Source: Lytechinus pictus
Taxonomy: Eukaryota
Direction of reading: 5' to 3'
Length of the DNA stretch: 64,000 nt
NCBI RefSeq assembly: GCF_037042905.1
Contig: NC_087250.1
Coordinates: forward strand, 12,712,001 to 12,776,000
Part shown: positions 12,001 to 23,900 of the stretch, one piece after another
Position numbering within the stretch: the first letter of the stretch is position 1
Layout of the letters: the number at the start of each line of letters is the position of its first letter
The notes under the pieces: model-generated
The model's database searches: none
What the model was told of the DNA's origin: nothing
The model's input: the letters and a program-made list of their open reading frames with translations, nothing else
Program-made: the position numbers and the translations under genes

Positions 12001-15000
12001 CAAACCGGCGAAACCGAATCCAAACCATTCTCGTTAATACCAAAGACATTCCATCGATCAGTTTGGATCGAGGCGGTTTCTTTCATGGGGAATGTATTGT
12101 TATGCTACAGCGGCGCCGGTATCCGAATCCAGACCAATATAATATATTGATAAATGACATGCCGTCATCGGTCGGTTTGGAAACAATTTTTCCCAGAAAA
12201 AAAATGTTCCCCAAAATAATTATTTAGTAGGCCTACTAAAAAAGACCCGAAACACTTTCCATTCAATACACTAACACGTGTTTTATTAATCTCCCCGAAA
12301 ATAATGTGATGTTTTAAGTCACAGATATCTTGAAAGTGTGTGCCCGAATTTTGATTTTTCTTAAAATCTTTCTGGGCGCTATCAAATACAACAGGAATCA
12401 AATTTCGCTACTTTTGAAAATAATAATTGGACTTCTGTAATTTTAATCTAATAGGCTTTAATGAATAATGATCTTATATTACCATGATTACAGGTGCCTT
12501 GTCCTCTCCAGTCTACCAAACAACGGCCGTTCTTCTGCACCAGTACTTCAACGAAAAGTACGCCGCCGCTAATGCACTAGGCTCAACCGGTGCTCAGGCC
12601 GGAGGAATTGTTCTCCCACTTGTGACGTCATACCTACTTATTGCATACGACGTAGATGGCGCTTTATTATGCCTGGGTGCCATCTCTTTGCACTTTGTTG
12701 TAGTTGCTGCACTATTGAGGCCGAATGTAGGTTTGCCAAGGTTTGGAGAAGAAACTAGCGGATACGGAGAATGCACGGTGTCTTTGAGTTTAGGATCTTC
12801 TGATAAAAACACCCCGAAACAAGGTGCAGCAGCTAATCTTGGGTGTAAGGTTGAACGATGTATTCGCTGGCTTGGGGAGGTAACCGATTTAAAGACAGTG
12901 CTGGCAGAGAAATTGTACTGCTTGTTGATTCTCCCGTCCCTCTTCTTACATCAAATCACCTTCATCGGTTGGGTACTGTTTATGGTCCCTTGTGTGACGT
13001 CATACGGAATCACACCCACTCAAGCAGCATACTTTCCGCTCGCGGGATCATGTGGAGGTCTCGTCGGGCGTATCGCCTGTGGTGCCATCCTCTACTTCCG
13101 CCCGAAGTGGGGGAAGCGGAGTCTAGTAACAGGACTCAGCATTTCCTCATTTAGCTTACTCAGTTTTGCATTCCTGCAGAGCAGATCATTAAAGCTTATT
13201 TCAACTTTATTTGCTGGTTTTGGTCTGTACGCAACGTTTTCCTCATTCTACGCTGTCCTGCACAATTCTGTTGCCAAAGAGAATTTTTCTGGGATATTAT
13301 CAGTCATGTCCTTCGTTCGGGGGATTGGTGTTGCGATCGGAAGCTATTTAACAGGTAGGTCTTATTGCTATCAAATTTTAATGACGGGATTTGGATCTGT
13401 TATTCCCACGAATTTTTGCCATTTTCATCTTTCCTTACCACTGATAAGCAGTTTTTGGAGTCTTTGAATTAGGCTTGAAGATTTTGACTTGTATTTTATT
13501 AAAAGTCTCGCATCAGTTTTTATCAACGAAAGGATCCCCCATATTAACTTCTTGCATATAATAGGATTCGAACACAAAACCTTGCCATTGTAAGTGTAGA
13601 GATTATCCCATTGCGCAACGCTGACCAGTTGCTCCAGTCTTTACCAAGTTACTTTACAGCTTTACCAATCGTCTTTATGAATATTTAGAAAGTGTAGACT
13701 TGACCATTAAATAAACCCTATTCTGACGCCGTAAAGAAAATGCAGTAGGAAAATAAAATTGGTGTTACAGTTAAGTTTCTATGAGATAATTAGTCAAAGA
13801 AAAAAATTGTATAGTTATACCAATGGCCTATCCAGGGCAACTACATCCCACCCCACTAACAATTTCTTCTGGAAAAAAATTGTACAAATATAGAATTTAA
13901 AAAAAAGGTGGGGGTGCATGCTCCCATTTAGAATCCGCGACTAGTGAAAATTAAGGGTGGGGGGAAGTAGAAAGAGGTAGAAGTGAGGAGAGAGTACCCG
14001 CAATTATATAAGGAAGTGTAAAGTAAACTGAGCGTACTGTGAATATAGTGTGAAAAAAACCTGAACACACTATGAACACGGTGGGGACACATTGTGAACA
14101 CACTGAGCACAGTGACATGGCAAACAAACCGTGAACACACTAAGCTAACTAAAAATGCACTATGAACACAGTGAAAGTACGCACTGTGAATACACTGTGA
14201 ACAAATTGAGTACACTGTGATTGCACTGTAGACATCATGATCCTACTAAGAATGCAATATGAACACACTATGACAACACTGTGAAGACAGTTTGAGCAAC
14301 CTGAACGCACTGCGAACACACTGTAGACATAGTGTGAGCACACTGAACACAGCGCAAACCCACTCTGAACACATAAAGTGAGCACAATGAACGCAGTGCG
14401 GACACACTCTGAACACAGAGTGATCACACTGAAAACAGTGCGAACACACTGTGAATGCGGTGCAAACACACTTTCTAAAACTGTTCTTTCCAGCCAAGAT
14501 TAAGATATCATGATATGTGCAAGTAAATCGTAATGGTGTCACGCGCGTAAAACATTGCATAGACTTGTGTGTTAAAATGGCACTTAAGAAAAATTCACAA
14601 AAAATAAATATGAAATTAGAGGGTCGAATTTTACTACCTTTGGATAGGATATATATCTGACATTCCATATCTGACCAGAGAAGGGTATCGTAGCCTGCTC
14701 ATTTTAAAAAAATAAATCGGCATCTATGAAGATAACTATGATGGGATCAAATTCATCAACTGAAACAGTAAAATAGCCCCAATTCTTCCGCCAGTCAAAA
14801 AATAATTCCAAATCATCGATATATCTTCCCAATTTGGGCAAAGGAAGTTCAGTAGTTACCATTTCTAGAATCAGTGTTAGATTTTGAATCATATTCATAC
14901 ACTTTTGCCAATCAGCAATATCAAATTGAAAAAATTCGAATGGGTTGGGTCGAACGAATATCTTTATCCCTCCTGGTGTAATTAGGCTCGTGGCACCTAT

Positions 15001-15483
15001 AGCTAGTCACACCAATCCATATATATCTTAAACGACCAATAATACGTCATTTAATCTGGGAACTGGGGTTGGTGTTACTGTGGCACAAAGCCGAGCGCAA
15101 TATGCGATCGAATACAACACGTTCTTCGCACTTGGCATTTAATATGAAAATTCCAAGAAGTAAAATAAAGTTCGACATGATTTTGATTTCAGTAGACCTA
15201 CCACTATTCTGAACTGTGTCATTGGATGGAATGTTCTTATCAAATGTTATTACAATTTCTTTAAAATTTCGGATCGCAACGAATCGTTATAGTGTCCGCC
15301 GGACTTGAAATACTGAAATACCTATATATTTTATTGCTTTTCATTACAGGTCTCATCTTCGAAATAACTGGTTCATTCGCTGTGGCATTCAAGGTCCTAG
15401 CCTTCCTGGATACCGCCATCATCATACTGATTGCCCTCTTCACCATCCTACAGAAAAGAAATCAAGCTTCTTCTCACGCGTGA
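3727..15483 (+). CDS. SLC16/monocarboxylate-transporter-like MFS protein, 4 coding exons: 3727-3946, 10790-10930, 12494-13354, 15350-15483 (1356 nt, 451 aa)
   Basis: All three introns are GT-AG and phase 1; total length is divisible by 3 and ends in TGA at 15481-15483. Multiple hydrophobic helices. MCT-like motifs: QGMLKSLG, SPFVHLLSRRF, YFNEKYAAANALGSTG, GLVGRI, GLIFEITGSF. A pyrimidine-rich acceptor at 3703-3704 suggests an upstream non-coding exon. The SLC16 paralog cannot be assigned. Confidence 0.9.
4565..5706. mobile_element. hAT-like non-autonomous element with internal ~100-bp subrepeats
   Basis: cagtgacgta ... tacgccactg; 8-bp TSD gatagaag/ggtagaag; recurring gtccttaaaatgtc and cgcttcgcgctcgc motifs. 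The same family's end is at 1-30. Confidence 0.8.
6273..6454. mobile_element. Harbinger-like palindromic MITE
   Basis: gggg..ttcataaagctgttcgtaagttaag ... cttaacttacgaacagctttatgaa..cccc. Confidence 0.8.
7140..7545 (+). mobile_element. L2-type LINE 3' fragment
   Basis: Encodes YGCRGYPSIAPRLWNTLP..FKSSLKTHLF; gcgcaatataaat..(tta)n tail. Confidence 0.68.
7728..9798. mobile_element. ~2 kb non-autonomous TIR DNA element, copy 2 (same orientation, near-identical to copy 1)
   Basis: Same TIRs and internal sequence as 1267-3291; TA flanks; lies in SLC16 intron 1. Confidence 0.9.
8075..8232. mobile_element. Small caggggccgcgg-TIR MITE nested in the 2-kb element (also at 1612-1745)
   Basis: caggggccgcggaa ... 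ttccgcggcccctg with perfect 5-bp TSD tattg. Confidence 0.8.
10366..10701 (+). mobile_element. Tandem partial dimer of SINE family C
   Basis: Two head-to-tail units cataatcgcaaggttgtgagttcgaatccc...aaggtcagccactatgactga. Confidence 0.8.
10790..10930 (+). CDS. SLC16-like coding exon 2 (not in ORF track)
   Basis: ag|GT CCA TTT... encodes SPFVHLLSRRFEPRALSIIGAILSSMCIMLSSAVWSVWIIGVLFIAA; donor gtaag at 10931. Confidence 0.88.
11320..11750. mobile_element. Old MITE (TIR ..ccagttcgtagtt / aactacgaactgg..); an interrupted inverted copy spans 303-3509
   Basis: Inverted termini; internal sequence matches the reverse complement of 860-1011, 1232-1266 and 3292-3509. Confidence 0.72.
12494..13354 (+). 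CDS. SLC16-like coding exon 3
   Basis: Inside ORF 12484..13467; acceptor cag ending 12493, donor gtaggt at 13355. Confidence 0.9.
14020..14470. repeat. Degenerate ~11-bp minisatellite (gaacacactgt-like)
   Basis: Recurring acactgtgaac / acacagtgaac units. Confidence 0.75.
15350..15483 (+). CDS. SLC16-like coding exon 4 (terminal)
   Basis: GLIFEITGSFAVAFKVLAFLDTAIIILIALFTILQKRNQASSHA*; acceptor cag ending 15349. Confidence 0.88.
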
Positions 15484-16400
15484 GATGTCCTTGCAAATGT
15501 GCAATGTTTTTTTCCTAACATGCGATTAAGCTTGCCGTGGACACATGATGAAAGGGGGAGAAAGGGGAGAAAGCCGGGGGGGGGGGCATCCAGTGATCTT
15601 TCAAAAAGTGGGGAAAGGAAAAGGCATGAAAATATAGACAGAACAAAAAAAGACAAAACGGGAAGGAATACAATACAAACAAGAAAGATGATGATCGAAA
15701 AAGAAAGAGAAAGGGACTAAAAAGAAAGAAAGAACAATTAACATAAAGAAAGGAAAAAAAGAACAAGAACAATAAAGGGTAAGAGTAGGAAGGAGAAGAT
15801 AAATAAGGATTACAAGGACAGAAGAGCGAAACTGTGAACAGAATGTGTTGAGTCACAACTGCCCTCTTTTCATCGAGGAAAATACACAATTTTTTGTTTA
15901 TTTCTACCTGAAATAATATATTCTTGTGATCATTTTAAATTCTTATTCTATGATTTGTACACAATGAGCTCACAGAATAGACAAATTATGTAAAGACTGT
16001 AAATAACAGATGTTTGTTCACTTTGTGGCCGCAGTAGCTTCATATTTTGAGGTGATATCATTTACTGTGTATACCCGGAAACAGACATAGGTGGAGGGGT
16101 TGGTAGGCCTATAGGAGTATGTCAATTGCCACAATCCGTTCAATGCGATTCAGTACATATATATATATATGTATATGAATTCCATGCAATTCTATACAGT
16201 ATGTTTACCAGTGTGGCCAGTTCACTGTGTTGAATACTTGCCACACATGGGGTGCAACCACTGAAATGTCTTCACATTTTGAGCAAATATATTAATTGCT
16301 TCAGAGCAGCTGTAAACTTCCAATGTGATGTGCGTTTAAATGAGCTTGGTGTTTTCCATTTGAAAACTGTGTAACGATCAAGGTTTGATAATGTTCAATG

Positions 16401-18530
16401 TTAATAATCAAATAGATTTCAAGGAAGGCCATCGAACATTAGATCACATATTTACATTAAAGACCATCTTAGACAAATACGTGAGAACGCATAAGTTGGA
16501 TGACAAGTGTAATATATATTTGTGTTTTGTCGACCTGCGAAAAGCATTCAACAGTATATGGAGGAATGGTCTGTTTTATAAAATGCTGAAATATGGTATA
16601 GGAGGCAATTTTTACGAGATTGTAACTAATATGTATAAAAAACTAAAGTTGAGTGTAAAGCTGAATGAAGGAATTACTGAGACTTTTGGAAGCAATTGTG
16701 GCGTAAAACAAGGGTGTACATTAGGTCCCACCCTTTTCAACCGATATCTAAATGACTTGCCTCATGAGTTAGGAACTACTGACACTGATCCAGTTGAGTT
16801 AAATGGAAAGTTAGTCAACTGTTTAATGTATGCAGATGACATTGTATTGGTATCAAAATCAAGGTGTGGAATGCAAACATTGTTAGATACACTTGGTATT
16901 TACTGTGATAAATGGCTATTGAATGTTAATACTGACAAAACAAAAATGATGATTTGTAACAAGAATGGACAAAATTTGAAAGATCAGGCTTTCGAGGTAA
17001 ACGGTCAGAACATTGAAGTTGTTAAACATGCAAAATATTTAGGTTTGGTTTTCAATAACTGCGGTTCATTCAAAGATACAAGAGTTAATCTGGCAGATAA
17101 AGCCAAGAGAGTATTATTCAAATTATTTCAATCCTTTGGTTACAATCTTCCAAATATAAAAACCGCATCACGAATATTTGACTCTTTAATAAAGCCAATA
17201 CTCTTATATGGTTCGGAACTTCGGAGGTATGGGGCGCTTTTACCGTCAACTTTAAAAAGTTAGCGGAGCTTGCAAATGGTAATTCAAAGTTGTATTTGAG
17301 AAATGAAATTCAGTGTGTCCAGTTTCAATGGTTGAGAAATGTCTTAGGAATTAACAAAAGGAGCAGCCACTTAGCAATACTTGCAGAAGTTGGAATGTAT
17401 CCATTGATAACACAAATTAGCGGAAACTTGGGAAAATATTATGCTCGAATGAGAAGTATAGATGAAGATTCTTTGCTACATCACTCCTTTGAAGAAAAAA
17501 AGATAATTGAGAATAATTGCAAATGCTGGCTAGGAAATCTGCAACACCTTCTTAAACAATTCATGAATTGAATTGTTTAAGAAGGTGTTGCTAAGGATTT
17601 AACATATATTTGGATGTGAATAAGAATTGTTTAGAACTAGGTGAGATAGTCAATAGTGATAGAGTAGTAGAAGAAGAAATAAAAAACAATGTTGAAGATA
17701 TTTTCAACGCCACTTCTTATTGGATTTACATAATGATCGAACAAATGATGTTGAACAAAATAAATTGAGAACTTATAAACTTTTTAAACAGAATATACAA
17801 ACAGAGAAATATCTATTAACTGTTAAAAATCAGAAAATTCAGAAAAACATCTGTCGATTTAGAATAAGTTCCCATAATTACCCATTGAAACTGGAAGACA
17901 GACGTCCAGATAAAATACCCTCACATTTAAGAACGTGCAATAATTGTAATTCAGGAAGGGTTAGGGATGAGTATCACACGATAATAGAATGTAATGTACA
18001 CACAACTGAAAGGGTGGTGTTTTTTGACAAAATAGCTGAAATGTATAAACAGTTTAAGAACCTTAGCGATGAAGACAAATTTATTTTCATAATGAAACTT
18101 GATAATGAAAACATAATTGATCATTTTTGTAAGTTCTTCAAAGCGATTATAAATAAGAGGGGTGAGTTTTAACATCAAGTACATTTTTCTTTTTAAATTT
18201 CATTAAAGCTATCTAAAATCCACCAAAGCCACCATAACCAAAGATATATCTCTGTTATACATTTATTTACTTCCTGATTTGTATTCAATAATTAGATAAC
18301 TTATGTATATTGCATTATGCTACACCTTCTCTATGTTAAATTTCAATTCGTCATTTCTCTTTGTATATAGATGTATATCTTTATAATAATTGGAAATCTA
18401 TGTATTGATGTATTACTGATTTATACGACATACAGTTATGAATGTTTTTGTTTATGTTATCATTGTATATATTTTAAAACAAAATATTCATGCCATATGA
18501 ATGAAGTTTGTTAATAAATTCAATTTCAAA
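16401..18530 (+). mobile_element. 5'-truncated, decayed non-LTR retrotransposon (RT plus C-terminal region; RTEX/Crack-like)
   Basis: RT motifs FVDLRKAFN, GVKQGC, LMYADD, KYLG, then KLRTYKLFK, FRISSH, CxxC..DEYH. Broken into three ORFs by frameshifts/stops. 3' end has AATAAA plus a TTCAA-repeat tail; candidate TSD ttcaatg at 16394-16400 and 18531-18537. Clade is inferred. Confidence 0.9.
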
Positions 18531-20129
18531 TTCAATGGGGAATATTATCAATATAATATACAGGCCACAATAGATTATGATGAACTTATATGACCACATG
18601 ATAACAACAGAAATTATTACAATGATGTAAAACAAAGCAATAAAATTGTATTCATCTACTATGCATATACTTTATTATCCATAACGTTAATATATTTACA
18701 TACACTGTACATTTACAAAACAACACAAGATATAATCGTACACATACATATGGTATCAAACAACAGAAAAAGGTATGGTACTTAAATCTCAGGTTTTCAT
18801 GATCGTGCCTTTTAAAAGTACAACTTGGGGGAGGGGGAAGAGGGGTACAAATACAATTTCTCAGAAAAAACAACTCTCTAAATATTGCCATAATAACTCA
18901 TTAGCAATGTACAAAAACCCAACTGCCTGCAGCTGACTACTGAAGTATACACACTATTCACTACTATACATACAAATATTTACTACAAATAGTATGGTGC
19001 CTCTGAAGTACAATTGAGCACACAAATGACAATGACTTCAGTCGCAAAGTTAGCAACTTTGCAATTTTAGTTTGTAACGAAAGTCGCGAACTTCACGGCT
19101 AAATCTACAAAGTTTGCACAAATATCGCAAACTTCACTACTGAAATTGCAAAGTTTGCAATGAAAATCTCACAGACTTTAAGACTGAAAATGCAAAGTTT
19201 GCAAAGAGTGAAGTCGAGTGTAATCCATACTACTTCAGAGACACTATAACATATCACATTGCCGCTCGGAGTGGTAAAACCTTGTAAAACACTAAGACAA
19301 AATGTGAAAAAAAACAAGACAGCTCTGAAAAAGCCACATTTTTTATTAATGACATTAGTGGCACATTCTTTGGCCTAGAAAGAGCGTTCCATAGGAATTA
19401 TTAAGACTGTATTACAAAATATGGATTTGCCACATTTCTGAAATTCAGCTTTTCCCTGATCTGGCCTAATTTTTTTTTGAATTTTGACACAAAAGTTTTT
19501 AACTGCCCAGGCAGCAACGACATGTCTGGAAGGCTTGGGGAGAAACCATGAGTTAATCCACACAAATTGCACTATTCTATCATATATATGAAACTACACA
19601 AATGGGGAAAAAATAATCATAATAATAAACGGGTGCTTATATAGCGCATAATCAATCGAAATTGCTCTATGCACTCTACATTTACAGCTCTCCAATATTA
19701 CATTATGATAAAAATATAGATATGTTTTTAAACATAATAATCTGAAATAAATAAAGTAAAAAATCATATATACTATAAATAGCACCACATTGCTTACTAT
19801 CTACCTAAGCTGGAATAAATAATGTTTTAAAAATATTTTTCATTCTCTGCATCATAAGATATATATATTGTAATAAATTAACTGTAGCACCATAATATAG
19901 TAAAACAGAATAGTCACAAACTCTGAAAAGATTCTTCAAATTTTGAGAAATCAACCCATTAATAATTAAATTCTATCCTTCCCATAAATTGGTAAAAGGA
20001 CCATTTGGTTCTGATAGGCATAAGTTTACCCTGGCAAAGTGTAAACAAAGATATTGTGACAAATCATTTTTGGTATGTCAAAAAATAATACCTCATGAAT
20101 AACATGTTTTGAAACATAACTATATCATG

Positions 20130-20830
20130 TTTCTCCTTTGGGAAGTTTAAATTCATGTTACTTGTCCACCGAGCCATTCATGGGATGCCGCCACAATATA
20201 CTAAAGATAGCTACATCTGTACAATCCAACTTGTACTTTACGATCCGGAAGAGACAGTTTACTTCTAATTCCTCGTACCCAACATTCCTGGGGGGATAGG
20301 TCCTTCTCACATGCTGCGGCTAAGTTGTGGAATCAACTACCTCTGTCACTCTGCTGCATTAAACTGCATGACACTTTTAAAGTGCATCTTAAGACCTATT
20401 TCTTTAACCTTTAAAGTACTTCGACAACTTAATCCAGATCTATCAGAAATTAGTTTTGTATACATGTAAAGTACACTCTAAATCTTGTTTGGTCATCACT
20501 CACTGGTCTGACTGGCTTCCTATGAGGGCTGGTGCCCTTATATGCTAGAGCTCCTGTGAGTTCTGAGCTGACCGGGCTTGCCCCTTAAATTGTTGGTGAA
20601 CGGAGCAGCAATTAGGAGGGCAACAGGCCCCACCGAATGTAGCTAGGAATTCCGGTGAGTGATGCAAAACTGTTCTTTTTAAAATTTATGTATTCAGTGG
20701 TATTTGTTAAGATATCGTTTTTACTTTGTTGTTTGTATATAAATATATATATCCAAAGGAACTGTTGCTGGGCTAGCGCCATGAGCGTCTCTGGACGGTG
20801 TGTGCACTCAATATTATCATGATGATTACA
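20130..20830 (+). mobile_element. L2-type LINE 3' fragment, antisense in the presumed THSD7-like 3' UTR
   Basis: Encodes GDRSFSHAAAKLWNQLP..FKVHLKTYFF, followed by a 3' UTR-like tail. Confidence 0.7.
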
Positions 20831-20865
20831 TATTAAATCTAACACTGTGGATTTCTGAATCTCTG

Positions 20866-20977
20866 TCAGCATGTGGTTTCTTCCAACATTCTTGTCTTCA
20901 TGCTACTCCTGAGTGATCTTCTGTAGTTTGTTAAGTTTGGTATTGGCTCAAAATGGACCTCCCCTGTATGGTAAAAC
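20866..20977 (-). CDS. THSD7-like terminal coding exon (cytoplasmic tail)
   Basis: Acceptor ttttgcag; FYHTGEVHFEPIPNLTNYRRSLRSSMKTRMLEETTC*. Confidence 0.8.
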
Positions 20978-23900
20978 CTGCAAAAACAAAACGAATAAAA
21001 AATATATTCATGCTAACTGTAAAATTTACTATAGATAGTGCTAAGGCTATTCTAGGCATGTGCAATCAAGGAAATTGAGATAATAATGATAACAATAAGA
21101 TATAGCATTTATGAGGCGCCGATTGATCTACTTTCCTATTCAATGGTGCACTATATATTACCCCTGCTGTAGCTCAAGCTGCTAAAGGCGCTTGGGGCAT
21201 TCAAGGAATTAATCCTGCCGGGTACCCATTCACCTCACATGGGTTGAGTTCAGCACAATGTGGATAAATTTCTCTCTGAAGGAAAACACGCTATGGCTGA
21301 GATTCGAACCCACGCCCCTCTCATTGAAAGACGAGATTCGTAACCACTAGACCACGATGCCCTCACATAGAATTTGGTACGAGTTCCTCTTTTGTTAGGG
21401 GAGGGGGCTGGGACGAAAGCTGCTGGGTAGATATATTTTGATTATTCATTTTAGTTTGAATTACTTAAATTCATTCCTCCACTTCACTGTTGCATGGCCT
21501 AAATCTTCCATCATGGCCATTATTACCATCACCATTATATGCTTCTTCATCTTCATTTTCATCTTTGTAATCATTACCATCACAAGTTGAGAAGGTGCAT
21601 ACTCATTTTCTGGGCGAGTCGTGATCAAATCTCCAAGGAGCCTTTATTCTGAACAATTTCATTTTGACATCATCAATAAAAGATTTTTCTGAAAGCATAC
21701 CTGTATAAGAGTGCTTTTTGACAGACATTGACTCATTGTTCAAACATGTATTATATTTAATTTTTTTTGGTTCGTTGTTGTTCTGCACTGAAGCACCTTG
21801 AGCATCTCATCAAGATGGAAAGTGCACTATACAAGTCTCATGTATTATTTTTATTATTACTAATCGCAAACAACAATGGAAGATGAATTACCATCATCAT
21901 ACAAACCTACAATTCAACGGCCCAAAAATATGGAATAACATGTCTGAAGACCTTAAAGAATGCTCAACAATTACCAGATTCAAAAGGAAACCACATGTAC
22001 CAGATTTACATATTCATAAGTATAAACAATTTTCCTTAAGAGGTGTCTCTTTGTAATTTCAAAATTAATTATTGTAAATGTTCTTGTTGTTTGTTTAACT
22101 GTGTAATCATTTCTCATTGTTATTTGTCTTAATTTATACATATTTTATGCTATGCTTGGGCCCCTGGTGATAAGCTCTTAGCTTTTTAAGGGGCCCACAC
22201 CTTATGTATCAATGCTTGATTTCATTGTACACATTGTAAATATAATTTTTTTATTACTTTTACACATGCTGTTTTAATACTAATTGGTGTTGTACTTGTA
22301 TAAACACCTTTCTGGTGTTAGACCAAAATGAAACTGGTTTTTGTTTAACACTTCTCTGGTGTGGACATACATAGATTCCAGGCTGGTGTTAAATCAACAC
22401 CAGAGTTTTTGCAGTGTGCAAGATGAATTACCATCATCATACAAACCAACAATCATACACCAAATAACTCACCGGTAGACTAATACTCCACATAGAATAG
22501 CTGCTAATATCATAACACCCATGCACACAGCACCAACTACCCACTTCCATGTGCCTGGATGGTAAGAAAAAACAGAGCAAAATATGGTATTTGACCATCC
22601 ACAAAGTCAACCAACAATATATTTGAGATTGGAATATAGTTGGAAGATCAGGTTCTGAGGTTTAAAATAATGTGTAATTAAAAAAAAATATCGCATTCTC
22701 TACAATATATTTAAGAAAAGATTAAAGATATCGTCCAAAAAAAAACACTCTTCTATCTCATTTTATTTCATTTTTTACAGAGGCAGCGATACTGATTCAG
22801 ACAAGCCACTTTTTTAAGTTTTTATTTTTGAAGATATAATGATCTAATAATCTTTAGCTCTTAAGAAGAGTTACATATAGAAGGAGAAAAAAGAAGAAGA
22901 CGAAGAAGGGGGAGGAGGAGAAGGATGCTGATATAAACTCACCTCTTTTGGCATGATAAAGGCTCGTGTTTGAATCAGCGTCGTTGGTTTCTATCCCTCC
23001 TGATGTTGTGCCTATGACATCTTCGGGCACACACTTTAACATACCTAGATAAAAGGAAGAGAGAGAGAGGTGGGGAGAGGAAAAGAGAGATGAAGAGAGG
23101 TGGGGAGAGGAAGAGAGAGATGAAAAGAGGTGGGGAGAGGAAGAGAGAGATGAAGAGAGGATGGTAATTCTTTAATGCCTTATTTTAGATGCTAAAGGGC
23201 CATTCCATGGAGCGTTGTGGCCCAGTGGATAAGTCTCCGGATTTTGAAACAGAGGGTCATGGGTTCAAATCCCAGCCACGGCGTAGTTTCCTTCAGCAAG
23301 TAATTCATCCACATTGTGCTGCACTCAACCCAGGTGAGGTGAATGGGTACCTGGCATGAATTTATTCCTTGAAATGTGTGCGCGCTGTAATCTTATTAAT
23401 TACAGCTGCCAAGCTACAGCTGGGGTAGTAAAATTCACATCCTTTGGAAGCATATAGAGACATTATTCATAATGTGACATGTGCTATACAAGAACTGTAT
23501 ATTATTATTATTCCATAAAATAACACGGACAGCTGGAGGACAGCTTCGCAGTATCCTGCCGGGTAGCTGTCCTCCAGGGGAGTTTTCCCCGGTGGGGTTC
23601 TCATCCAGGGCACTTTTCCTCTTGCGAACAATGATAAATAAAATCTCTACACAAATTATTGACCAAGAAAATACGAGGGGGAAAAAGGAGGGTGGAACAA
23701 AATGGTGGAAAGAGATTGAGACAGAGTGGGATTAAATACTAGAAAAATGATTAATCAATCATCAATTAAATTTTTAATCTTTAACTGAATGAAATCGCCC
23801 AATTTATTAGGAAATCATATCTTCTTTTATTGTGTTTATGTTTTATTACAAAATTACTATAAACTTACCAATGACCGTACAGGGCCCCGGAACACAAAGA

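Noticed and set aside
13355..13467. C-terminal extension of ORF 12484..13467
   Set aside because: Read-through past a good donor (gtaggt); the exon at 15350 supplies the expected last helix.
13928..14668. Cys/Val/His-rich minus-strand ORFs
   Set aside because: Translation of the 11-bp minisatellite.
16385..18172. Functional RT gene, retron or DGR-type system
   Set aside because: 5'-truncated, frameshifted non-LTR retrotransposon with a LINE-type tail.
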